From an uncultured Spirochaetota bacterium (lineage in GTDB: Bacteria > Spirochaetota > Brevinematia > Brevinematales > JAOACQ01): DNA of 64,000 bases. Both the position numbers and the translations under genes were made by a program. Position 1 is the stretch's first letter. Each line of letters begins with the position of its first letter. The stretch is from positions 224,001 through 288,000 of the forward strand of contig CAWAOD010000003.1 in the NCBI GenBank assembly GCA_963783575.1, in the 5' to 3' direction. The notes beneath the pieces are model-generated. The model was not told the origin of the DNA, searched no databases, and saw nothing but the letters and a program-made list of their open reading frames with translations. Below, in pieces: positions 1-9,094 of the stretch.

Positions 1-74
1 CATTTAAAAATGTCAAATGAATAGGCTATACAGGGAAAATAATCATAAATTGATTATAAAATTATTGTAATGAT

Positions 75-1706
75 TTACTTCAAAGCAGTATTGTTTTCTT
101 CTTTTTTTAATTTCTTATTCCGGTACATTTCAATATCTGCTATTCTTATTAACTCATCTACAGTTAGCGGGTTATTTGGATCAAACTCTGCAAGTCCGTA
201 GCTGAAACTCAAGTGATAGGGAGGCATATGTGTCAGGTTGTAATCCTGGAGAGTATTTTCGATAACCCGGCAGACATACCCGCACTGTTCCAACGAAGAA
301 CCGGGCAGGATGACAAGGAATTCATCGCCGCCCATCCGGCAAATCGCATCCGATTCACGGAGATTTTCCTTAAAAAAACGGACAATCTTTAGTATATAAG
401 CATCGCCTTCATGATGTCCGAAGTTGTCATTTACCCATTTAAGATTATTTAAATCAATAAAACAAATTGTAAAAGGAGTTGATATTCTTTTGCTGCGGAT
501 AATTTCCTGTTCAAGTAAAATAAGACCAATGCGCCGGTTGTAAACCCCGGTCATTGTGTCGGTCGTAGCGTAAGATTCCAGTTCTTTTGTCCTTTCCTGC
601 ACCTTGATTTCCAGTTCCTCTTTTGATTTATTAAGATCATCTTCTATTTGTATTCGTCTATTAATTTCATTTTCCATTCTTTTAATAAACCTTAAATCCT
701 GGCATACAAAAATATGCCCCATTTTTATTCCCTCTTTATTGGTTAAAATTGAACTGTATAAATTTACCGGGATTAATTCTTTATCCGGTTTGATTATATG
801 GAAATCCCAGAATTGATTCATTTTAAGCAGAATTTCATTCTCAATGTTTTCCTGAAAAATATTAACGATATTCAGGGCTGAAGCTTTCTTCTCGGTAATA
901 TTCAAAATATTTTTAGCGGCACTATTTAAAAGAATTATATTCAAATCCGAGTCTGTCATAAAAATATAATCATTTATATGAGAAAGAATTTCATCGATCG
1001 CTACAGCAGGAGTCGGGACCATCAATTGATAAAAATGAATCGAATGAGCCATGCCTATCATCCATATTAAGCCGAAAACCGGGGCTATATGAGGGACAAT
1101 ATAAATATTTAAAACCGGGAAAATAACATCGGTCAATGAAGCAAGAAAAAATCCAATTCCGCATGTGCCCAAAATTAAAAAAGCCTGTTTCTTTTCAACA
1201 TAACTTATTCTTTTATTGTGCCAGATAAGGGTAATTATCATCGTTAAAAGAAGGTAAGAAAAATTATATATAAGAAACAATAAGCCCCATAAATTTTTAT
1301 TATCTCGAATTTCATATGTATTTCCCCGGATCTGTATGTAATCTGTGGGTAGAATAATTCCGGCCATTGCCAGAATGATAAATATTACAGGAGGCGTATA
1401 ATTGAAAATATAAATTAAATGAAATTTGTTGTCAGATATGGTTTTTGTAAACCTTAAAGCGAAATGGAATGCAAACGATGGGAAAAGACACCAGCCCAGG
1501 GCCGCTATTCTTTCAAGAAAATCCAGATTATTCCGGTCGGTTTCAGGATATATGAAAGTATTGGCTAAAGCCCATAATACAAGGGAAATGTTCAGCAGAA
1601 GGAATATACGGTTTAATATACCATTTTTATTTTCCCTGTAAACTGTAACACCCAGCCATATATAAAAAATAGAGGCAAAGAAAGACAGAAGGGAATAATA
1701 GTTCAT
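75..1706 (-). CDS. Membrane-anchored diguanylate cyclase (HisKA_7TM-like N-terminus, PAS-like domain, GGDEF)
   Basis: About 7 hydrophobic helices, then DTMTGVYNRR, FIDLNNLKWVNDNFGHHEGD and RMGGDEF, with an RxxD I-site (RESD). ATG at 1706 chosen; GTG at 1721 is an alternative. Confidence 0.92.
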   Translation of the reverse strand: MNYYSLLSFFASIFYIWLGVTVYRENKNGILNRIFLLLNISLVLWALANTFIYPETDRNNLDFLERIAALGWCLFPSFAFHFALRFTKTISDNKFHLIYIFNYTPPVIFIILAMAGIILPTDYIQIRGNTYEIRDNKNLWGLLFLIYNFSYLLLTMIITLIWHNKRISYVEKKQAFLILGTCGIGFFLASLTDVIFPVLNIYIVPHIAPVFGLIWMIGMAHSIHFYQLMVPTPAVAIDEILSHINDYIFMTDSDLNIILLNSAAKNILNITEKKASALNIVNIFQENIENEILLKMNQFWDFHIIKPDKELIPVNLYSSILTNKEGIKMGHIFVCQDLRFIKRMENEINRRIQIEDDLNKSKEELEIKVQERTKELESYATTDTMTGVYNRRIGLILLEQEIIRSKRISTPFTICFIDLNNLKWVNDNFGHHEGDAYILKIVRFFKENLRESDAICRMGGDEFLVILPGSSLEQCGYVCRVIENTLQDYNLTHMPPYHLSFSYGLAEFDPNNPLTVDELIRIADIEMYRNKKLKKEENNTALK

Positions 1707-2030
1707 TGCCCCAACCCCCACATCTTTTGCAATGATGCTCTTATTAATGACCTAAAAGTTGTTATTTTTTTTATTTTTCATTACAGGTTTGGAAAAATCG
1801 TAAAATTGAGAAATATCCTTGCATATAATATTATAACTAAATTATAATAGATATATTAAAAAAAGCAATAATTCATTTCATTATATTTTATTATTACCCC
1901 GATTAAAATTATTTTCATTGGAATATATGAGTTATAAGACCTAACCGGTGTTGAGATTGCGGGCAAGAATTATGCAGGAAAGCTTATGATCAAAATAAAA
2001 AATAATCTAAAATGAATCGAGGTAAATCAA

Positions 2031-2897
2031 ATGTTTAAACGGGTTTTATTTCCTGTGATTATGAATGAACATACGGAGCAAATTATAAATTGCCTTGGCG
2101 GATTGGCAAAGAATGGAGTACAGGAAGTGCTTCTTTTCCATGTCTTAAGCGTCTCAGAAATGGCAAATGGCAGGATTAGCAGGAAACACGATGAAGATAT
2201 GCTGATCCGGTGGAAAAAGATACTGGAAGAGACTGGAATAGTTGCCGATTATCGGATTATGACCGGAATCCCCTGGCTTGAGATTGTCGAGGCTGCCGAT
2301 AAAAATGATTTTTCATTTGTGCTGCTCGGTTCTCACAGGAATTATTATCTTGACAAGGTTTTTTTTGGAAGCGTAACGGAGAATGTTGTTCATCATTCAA
2401 AAAAACCAATCTTTATTTTCAAACTTAAGCTGAATGAAAATGAAAAAAGCGGACCATTCTGTATGGATATTTTCGGAAAGATCCTGTATGCAACCGATTT
2501 TTCAGAATCATCCGCAGAGTGCATACCTTACATAGATGAGATGCTAAATAGTAAAAACCAGGAAATCATAGTGCTTCACGTTCAGGATTTAAGAATTTTG
2601 AAGCATGTATCCGCTGAAAAAATCGATGAGTTTAACAGGGTTGATCTTGAACGGCTTGAAAAATTAAAACAGCATTTTGAAAAAAGCGGATTTAAAAAAG
2701 TTATGACTTTATTATCAACCGGTTTTTCCATACCGGAAATACTGAATTATATAAAGACCGAAGGACCTACAATTGTAGTAATGGGCAAAAAAGGAAAATC
2801 TAATCTTAAAGAAATGCTCCTTGGAGGAGTCGCAGACACAATCATACGCAAATCTGAAATTCCTATTTTTATTGTCGAAGGCATCAAATCGGTATAA
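2031..2897 (+). CDS. Universal stress protein, tandem UspA domains
   Basis: Two Usp repeats: LGSH...FFGSVTENVVHHSKKPIFI and ILYATDFSESS...MGKKG...LLGGVADTIIRKSEIPIFIV. RBS GAGG upstream. Confidence 0.92.
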   Translation: MFKRVLFPVIMNEHTEQIINCLGGLAKNGVQEVLLFHVLSVSEMANGRISRKHDEDMLIRWKKILEETGIVADYRIMTGIPWLEIVEAADKNDFSFVLLGSHRNYYLDKVFFGSVTENVVHHSKKPIFIFKLKLNENEKSGPFCMDIFGKILYATDFSESSAECIPYIDEMLNSKNQEIIVLHVQDLRILKHVSAEKIDEFNRVDLERLEKLKQHFEKSGFKKVMTLLSTGFSIPEILNYIKTEGPTIVVMGKKGKSNLKEMLLGGVADTIIRKSEIPIFIVEGIKSV

Positions 2898-3174
2898 AAA
2901 CTCCAGCTAATTCTCTCAAAAACTTGATTACCAAACACCTAAACATGTAATCTTCAATATCAATTACTTTGTTTGCGCATCAATATTTTGCTAAATTCCT
3001 CAAAAAATAAATATTTTTTCTCATCTACGTATTTACCCCGATGACAAAATAATTGAAAGAATGTAAAATTTAATTCTAATAATAAAAACATCACCGACTA
3101 TAAATAATTATCTGTCGCTTAATTTATAAAAATCAATCAAACGGATTGTTTTTTATAAAATCCAGGAGGATTTT

Positions 3175-4728
3175 GTGAAAATTTTATATTTAAATTATTT
3201 ATTAATCGCATTGTCTTTTCTGGGTTATGTTTCCTGTTCGGCAGGGGACCCTGATAAAATAACTCAGAGCCAAAGCAGGAACAATCCCAACGACCCGGGC
3301 GGCGGGAATTATTCGAGCGCCGCAGGTTCATCGACTGGTAATTCATCATCGATTAACGGCAGTTTGAGTGCGTCCAGTGCAGATATTTTGCCTAATGCGC
3401 CTGTAGTAAGCGGAACAAGCCCAACACTTAATAAAATGCCGACCTGGAACTGGGTTTCGGGCGGAGGTGGAAGCGGAACATACCGGTATAAACTGGACAG
3501 TTCCGATCTTACAGCAGGCGCAGTAGAAGCTGCAGCCGTAAGCTTTACTCCGGCATCAGCGCTTTCTCTGGATAATCATACCCTGTATGTTCAGGAACGT
3601 AATTCGTCCGGGAACTGGTCTGTAAGCGGCAATTATACCATCCTTATTTCGGATTGCATACCCGTTGGCTGGATCGGCGGTGGAAGTGACGGGTGGAAGA
3701 CCAATTCCGATCCTATAAGCGGTGGCGATTACCGGTCATTCAGGTATCCCGGTGATGTTTTTGTAGACAGCGCCGGAAATATCTATATATCTGATTCTAT
3801 AACCAATAGAATTTCAAAATGGGACTCAAGCGGAACAGCTTTAGGATGTATCGGCGGGGGAAGCGATGGATGGAAAACCGGAAATTCACCGATTTCTGCC
3901 GGAACAGATTTACGGAGTTTCAAGAATCCCGAGGGAGTTTTTGTCGACAATTCAGGAAATATATATGTCGCGGATTATAACAATCACAGGATCAGCAAAT
4001 GGGATTCTTCCGGAACAGCCTTAGGATGGATCGGCGGTGGATACGACGGATGGCAGACGGGAAGCGCTCCTGGCGCTGCGGGAAACTTTAAATATTTCAG
4101 CGGACCGTCATCAGTCTGTGTAGACGGATCTGGAAATATTTATGTTGTCGATTGCGGTTATGTAAGCAAGTGGAGTTCAAACGGCGTTGAAGTGGGCTGG
4201 ATAGGCGGGGGAAGCGACGGATGGCAGACAGGCATGCATCCGGGCACGAACACTGATTACAGGAGTTTCAGTTATGCCCATGGCATCTGCATTGACGGCT
4301 CGGGTAATCTGTATGTCACCGAGGATTATAACAACAGGATCAGCAAATGGGATTCTTCCGGAACTGCTTTGGGCTGGATTGGCGGTGGTAGCGACGGGTG
4401 GAAGCAGACAGACGGCGCAGTATCGAATGTTGATTACAGGAGCTTCAGGCTCCCGCGGGATGTTTCGGTGGATGCGGGGGGAAATATCTATGTCGCGGAC
4501 TGGTATAACAACAGGATCAGCAAATGGAATTCTTCCGGTACGGCCTTGGGCTGGATCGGCTATGGAAGCCCGGGGTGGAAAAAAAACGATATTCCTTCAA
4601 CATATTCCGGGACCATTAGGGATTATGATTTTTTTAATTACCCGATTGGCATATTTGTCTGGAATTCTACCAATATCTATATTGCCGAACAGAATAATTA
4701 CAGAATATCCAAATGGCAGCAGCCGTAG
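3175..4728 (+). CDS. Lipoprotein with shared N-terminal tag, Ig-like domain and NHL-repeat beta-propeller
   Basis: GTG start after AGGAGG. Signal peptide with SC at C21, then AGDPDKITQSQSRNNPNDP. Six NHL-like repeats (F..P.GVFVD.SGNIYVAD..N.RISKW). Confidence 0.85.
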   Translation: MKILYLNYLLIALSFLGYVSCSAGDPDKITQSQSRNNPNDPGGGNYSSAAGSSTGNSSSINGSLSASSADILPNAPVVSGTSPTLNKMPTWNWVSGGGGSGTYRYKLDSSDLTAGAVEAAAVSFTPASALSLDNHTLYVQERNSSGNWSVSGNYTILISDCIPVGWIGGGSDGWKTNSDPISGGDYRSFRYPGDVFVDSAGNIYISDSITNRISKWDSSGTALGCIGGGSDGWKTGNSPISAGTDLRSFKNPEGVFVDNSGNIYVADYNNHRISKWDSSGTALGWIGGGYDGWQTGSAPGAAGNFKYFSGPSSVCVDGSGNIYVVDCGYVSKWSSNGVEVGWIGGGSDGWQTGMHPGTNTDYRSFSYAHGICIDGSGNLYVTEDYNNRISKWDSSGTALGWIGGGSDGWKQTDGAVSNVDYRSFRLPRDVSVDAGGNIYVADWYNNRISKWNSSGTALGWIGYGSPGWKKNDIPSTYSGTIRDYDFFNYPIGIFVWNSTNIYIAEQNNYRISKWQQP

Positions 4729-4745
4729 AAAAGAGGAGGAAGTTT

Positions 4746-6140
4746 GTGATAAGAATAAACTTTTATCTTTTATTAATCCTTGGTTTTACTTTCGTTTTGA
4801 TTTCCTGCGCCGCAGGCGACCCTGATAAAATATCACAAAGCAACAGCAGGAACAACCTCAACGACCCGAATGGAGGCAATTATTCCTCCGTTAGTTCCGT
4901 AACAAGTTTTTCATCTTCTTCCACGGGAGGTACAGTAAGTCCAACAGTCATTTCCGCAAGTCCGCAAAATAATGATCAGGGAGTCTGGATTTCACAAACA
5001 ATAAATATAACATTCTCTAAAACAATGAATAAAAATCTTACAACGAATGCGTTTTCTCTAAAAGACCCGGGGAATTTCAACATTGCCGGGACCTTTCAAT
5101 GGGTAAACAATGATCAGAATCTGGGGTTTACTCCATCCGGAACTCTTTCATATGATAAGGAATATACTATGACCATAGGAACAGGAGCGGAAGATATATC
5201 GGGTAATCCTTTGCCGGCAGCGTTTACAAGCAAATTTACAACCGGATGGGCTCAGGCGACGACAAACGGAGGATGGCCCGGAAGAACATTATCTACGTGC
5301 GTTTCATTTAAAAACAGCCTGTGGCTTTTGGGCGGCTTTTCCACTACAATTTCCAATAACGATGTCTGGTGCAGTTCCGATGGGGCAGACTGGAATCAGG
5401 CTATTGAAGTCGCGCCCTGGATTGGAAGACATTGGCATACAAGCGTTGTATTTGATAATAAGATATGGGTTATGGGCGGCTGTTGTATCAATGGAGATTG
5501 GACAAATGATGTCTGCTACAGTCCCGATGGAACAAACTGGTATCAGGCCACAGCCGCTGCCGGATGGAGCGGGAGAGAAGGACATACCAGCGTTGTATAT
5601 GACGGCGGTATGTGGGTCATTGGAGGCTTAGATACAACAGGCCATTATAAGTCAGATGTCTGGAATAGTGCCGATGGAACAAACTGGTTTCAAATTTCAC
5701 CATCTGCCGGATGGAGCGTGCGATACGACCATGCCAGCGTTGTTTTCAATAATGCGATATGGGTTATGGGCGGTTGTGACGGTAATTATATGAACGATGT
5801 CTGGTACAGTACCGACGGTGTTAACTGGAGCCAGGTTACGGCTTCAGCCCCCTGGTCAAAAAGATCGGGATTTTCAGCCGTAGTCGCCGGTCAGAAGATA
5901 TGGATTATGGGTGGTAACAACTCAACAACCGGTTATCAGACAGATGTTTGGTATAGTTCCGATGGAACAAACTGGATGCAAGCTATGGCTTCGACAGGAT
6001 GGGGAGGCAGGGAATGGCAAGTATGTACTGTGGATAAAATGTTCGTCAGTATTATTCAGTCGATTGACAGAATCTGGCTTATCGGCGGTTACCAAGACGG
6101 GCAGGGAAAGAAAAGCGATGCATGGTGGATACTACCGTAA
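4746..6140 (+). CDS. Lipoprotein with shared N-terminal tag, Big_5-like Ig domain and Kelch-like propeller
   Basis: GTG at 4746 follows GAGGAGG and is in frame with ORF 4713. C21. PTVISASP...ITFSKTM...GAEDISGNPL Ig-like domain; repeated H.SVVF...IWVMGG...DVWYS.DG.NW. Confidence 0.85.
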   Translation: MIRINFYLLLILGFTFVLISCAAGDPDKISQSNSRNNLNDPNGGNYSSVSSVTSFSSSSTGGTVSPTVISASPQNNDQGVWISQTINITFSKTMNKNLTTNAFSLKDPGNFNIAGTFQWVNNDQNLGFTPSGTLSYDKEYTMTIGTGAEDISGNPLPAAFTSKFTTGWAQATTNGGWPGRTLSTCVSFKNSLWLLGGFSTTISNNDVWCSSDGADWNQAIEVAPWIGRHWHTSVVFDNKIWVMGGCCINGDWTNDVCYSPDGTNWYQATAAAGWSGREGHTSVVYDGGMWVIGGLDTTGHYKSDVWNSADGTNWFQISPSAGWSVRYDHASVVFNNAIWVMGGCDGNYMNDVWYSTDGVNWSQVTASAPWSKRSGFSAVVAGQKIWIMGGNNSTTGYQTDVWYSSDGTNWMQAMASTGWGGREWQVCTVDKMFVSIIQSIDRIWLIGGYQDGQGKKSDAWWILP

Positions 6141-6168
6141 AATTTAATTTTAATTATCGGAGGCTCAT

Positions 6169-7251
6169 ATGAATTTAAAGTCATTAAAATATCCATTGAT
6201 TACGGCGATTTTGTTTATATTAACATCCTGCTCTGCGGGCGATCCCGATAAAATATCGCAAAGCAACAGCAGGAACAACCCTAACGACCAGAACGGAACT
6301 GCTTATTCCAGTATAAGCAGTTCTGCAGGTGTATCTTCATCTGCAGGTACATCTTCATCTGCAGGTGTATCTTCATCTACAGGCTCATCTTCAACTGCTA
6401 GTGCTTATACAGTGGGGGCAAACTGGACTCAGGCAACCGCTGCGGCGGGTTTCTCACCCCGCGGGGGGCATGCAAGCGTTGTTTTCAACAATGCCATGTG
6501 GGTAATCGGCGGATTTGATTCTTCAAACATATATAATGATGTGTGGTATTCCAAAAACGGCACAAACTGGACTCAGGCAACTCAAAACGCGGGGTTCAGT
6601 ATACGGGATTCATTCAGTTGTCTGGTTTTTAAAGGCAGCATGTGGGTGATCGGCGGAAGATCCTACACTTATACAAACGATATCTGGTATTCAAGGGATG
6701 GGACAAACTGGAGCCTGGCGACGGCCGCTGCCGCATTCTGCCCGCGTGGCAGTTTTGCCGGCGTGGTCTATAACAATATGATGTGGGTAATTGCCGGAGG
6801 ATATTCTCTAAGTGGAGAAACCAATGATGTCTGGTATTCAAGCGACGGGACAAACTGGTCAAGAGCGACGGCAGGGGCTTCGTTCTCCACGCGTAAGGAA
6901 GCCGTGTGTCTGACTAATAACAATTTGATGTGGCTGATCGGAGGGAGTATAAATGGCGAGGCATGGTATTCAAGCGACGGCATCAACTGGGCCTGTTCAA
7001 CCGCAAATGCTCCATATTCATACAGATTCGAACATTCAAGTGTGGTTTACGACAACAAAATGTGGGTAATATGCGGCATCAACGTTTCCGGAATATACTA
7101 TTCAGGCAACGGCACGAACTGGACCCTGGCGGGTAACCCGGAAATAACCAATAAATACGGACATACGACATTGGTTTATAACAATGCCATGTGGACGATT
7201 GCCGGTTATAACGAAAACGGAAGCACTAATGATGTATGGTATGCGCAGTAA
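6169..7251 (+). CDS. Lipoprotein with shared N-terminal tag and Kelch-like propeller
   Basis: RBS GGAGG, C21, tag, Ser-rich linker, six R..H.SVV.NN.MWVIGG...NDVWYS.DG.NW repeats. Confidence 0.87.
   Translation: MNLKSLKYPLITAILFILTSCSAGDPDKISQSNSRNNPNDQNGTAYSSISSSAGVSSSAGTSSSAGVSSSTGSSSTASAYTVGANWTQATAAAGFSPRGGHASVVFNNAMWVIGGFDSSNIYNDVWYSKNGTNWTQATQNAGFSIRDSFSCLVFKGSMWVIGGRSYTYTNDIWYSRDGTNWSLATAAAAFCPRGSFAGVVYNNMMWVIAGGYSLSGETNDVWYSSDGTNWSRATAGASFSTRKEAVCLTNNNLMWLIGGSINGEAWYSSDGINWACSTANAPYSYRFEHSSVVYDNKMWVICGINVSGIYYSGNGTNWTLAGNPEITNKYGHTTLVYNNAMWTIAGYNENGSTNDVWYAQ
6322..6393 (+). repeat. 18-bp tandem repeat x4 encoding a Ser-rich linker
   Basis: Units tctgcaggtgtatcttca / tctgcaggtacatcttca / tctgcaggtgtatcttca / tctacaggctcatcttca. 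Confidence 0.9.
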
Positions 7252-7297
7252 AGATATCAATAAAATATATGTTTCAATTGAAAATCAGGAGGAACAT

Positions 7298-8257
7298 ATG
7301 ACGATAAAGATACATATAATTTTACTATTACTAGGTTTTCTGCTATTTACGCTTTCCTGCGCCGCGGGCGATCCCGACAAAATATCTCAGAGCAACAGCA
7401 GGAACAATCATAACGATCCTAACGGAACCGCTTATTCCAGTGCTGTCAGTACATCGAGCGCTTCCAGTTCATCGGCGGGCAATTCATCTTCCAGCGCAAG
7501 CTCAAGTTCTTTTAACCCGCAGAATTTGCATGTCATAAAGACAGTAGATACAGGCGACGAAGCCTCCGGGGTTTGTGTCAGCGGGAATTATGCTTATATG
7601 GCCGATACCGGCGGGCTTAGGATTATTGATATAACCAGCCTGGCCGGCGCCTCACTTACAAATACTGTAGCTATAAGCGGCTATGCTCAGGGAGTCGCTG
7701 TCAGCGGGAATTATGCCTATGTGACCACATACAGCAGCGGGGTTCAGATCATAGACATATCAAGCCCGGCAAGCGCTTCTATTATTAAAACTGTTAATAC
7801 AGGCTATTCTTATGGAGTCGCTGTAAACGGGAATTATGCTTACGTGGCCGGTAATAACGGGCTTCTGATTATAGACATATCAAGCCCGGCAAGCGCTTCT
7901 ATTATTAAAACTGTTAATACAGGCGGTTCGATGGATGTCGCTGTCAGCGGAAATTACGCTTATGTGGCTGATGAAAGCGAGTTTCGTGTTATAGATATAT
8001 CAAACCCGACCAATGCTTCTATTTTAAAGACAATAAGTACAATGAGTATTGGTGGTGGAATTTATGTCAGCGGAAATTATGCGTATATGGCTGCCGGAGA
8101 TGCAGGCCTGTATGTTATGGATATATCAAGCCCTGCCAATGCTTCTATTTTAAAAGTAGTTGATACAAGTATAAGCGGCGGCTCTATTAAAGTCACTGTA
8201 AGCGGGAATTATGTTTTTGTGACTGGTTTTAGCGGGTTTGAGGTAATCGGGCAATGA
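7298..8257 (+). CDS. Lipoprotein with shared N-terminal tag and LVIVD-repeat propeller
   Basis: ATG at 7298 after AGGAGG. C21, tag, repeated GVAVSGNYAYVA....GL.IIDISSPASASI. Confidence 0.87.
   Translation: MTIKIHIILLLLGFLLFTLSCAAGDPDKISQSNSRNNHNDPNGTAYSSAVSTSSASSSSAGNSSSSASSSSFNPQNLHVIKTVDTGDEASGVCVSGNYAYMADTGGLRIIDITSLAGASLTNTVAISGYAQGVAVSGNYAYVTTYSSGVQIIDISSPASASIIKTVNTGYSYGVAVNGNYAYVAGNNGLLIIDISSPASASIIKTVNTGGSMDVAVSGNYAYVADESEFRVIDISNPTNASILKTISTMSIGGGIYVSGNYAYMAAGDAGLYVMDISSPANASILKVVDTSISGGSIKVTVSGNYVFVTGFSGFEVIGQ
7751..7924 (+). repeat. Two identical 54-bp direct repeats 120 bp apart (LVIVD blade duplication)
   Basis: atagacatatcaagcccggcaagcgcttctattattaaaactgttaatacaggc at 7751-7804 and 7871-7924. 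Confidence 0.9.
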
Positions 8258-8312
8258 ATTATATTTGCATAACGAGATTATTTAAATAAAAAAATAAACG
8301 GAGGTATTTTAT

Positions 8313-8900
8313 ATGTTAAGGAAATTGGTTTTTGCTCTGCTTTTTGTAATGTCTGCGGGTCTATTTTACGCCGAACAGGATTTGCCTGCCGCTTCTTTTC
8401 CGGGACTGAATACACAAATTCTCGCATTCAACCCGGCCTTTTCCGTTGATTTACAGAGTTGTTTTGGTCAAGATAAAGGTATTTATGAAGCTACTACAAA
8501 AAAATCCACAACACCAATTCAAAAGAAGCCAACACCGGCTAATAATGGCGGAGGACCTTCGATTCTGAATATATGCGGATATGTTTTAATAGCCGCCGGA
8601 GTCGGCGGTCTTGGAGCGGGATATTATTTCGATACTCAAGCGGCAGCCAATTTGAAGGATGCACAGAAGAATTACGATGATTATAAAAATGCGACAAGCG
8701 GATTTGATGATAAGTGGAGCGCTTATCAGGATAAACTGAACCAGGCCAGACTGAATATTCAGTACCGGAACTATAGTTATATAGGCGGAGGAGTTGCCCT
8801 CGGTGCAGGCCTTATACTAGCCTTTATACCATCCGGCCCTAAAAAGAAATATAGTATTTATGTAACACCGGATTCTATATATGCTGTTTACAGGTTTTAG
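8313..8900 (+). CDS. Secreted hypothetical protein with two Gly-rich hydrophobic segments and a C-terminal beta-hairpin ending in Phe
   Basis: RBS GGAGG. Sec-type signal peptide, then GYVLIAAGVGGLGAGYYF, a charged helical segment, YIGGGVALGAGLILAFI, and the end YSIYVTPDSIYAVYRF. Confidence 0.8.
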   Translation: MLRKLVFALLFVMSAGLFYAEQDLPAASFPGLNTQILAFNPAFSVDLQSCFGQDKGIYEATTKKSTTPIQKKPTPANNGGGPSILNICGYVLIAAGVGGLGAGYYFDTQAAANLKDAQKNYDDYKNATSGFDDKWSAYQDKLNQARLNIQYRNYSYIGGGVALGAGLILAFIPSGPKKKYSIYVTPDSIYAVYRF

Positions 8901-9012
8901 TGATAAGGGGAATACAGGCTGTTTCATCCGAATAATCCGGCGTTGGGGCTTAATATTCGACCGGATTTGGAATGAAAAATTTTCTTATTAAAAAATGAAG
9001 CAGCTTTTATCC

Positions 9013-9059
9013 GGAGTTCCGCCATGTTTTATTTTAATATGACGGAACTTCACGTTTTT
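9013..9059 (+). terminator. Possible intrinsic terminator or attenuator hairpin
   Basis: ggagttccgccatgtt...aatatgacggaacttc stem followed by acgtttttatt. Confidence 0.4.
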
Positions 9060-9094
9060 ATTGTTAAAATATTGATATTTAATGGAGGCTGTTC

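Noticed and set aside
7184..7297. Upstream starts given for the lipoproteins (ORF track 7184 and 4713)
   Set aside because: They overlap the previous genes; starts at 7298 and 4746 have strong RBSs and give canonical signal peptides.
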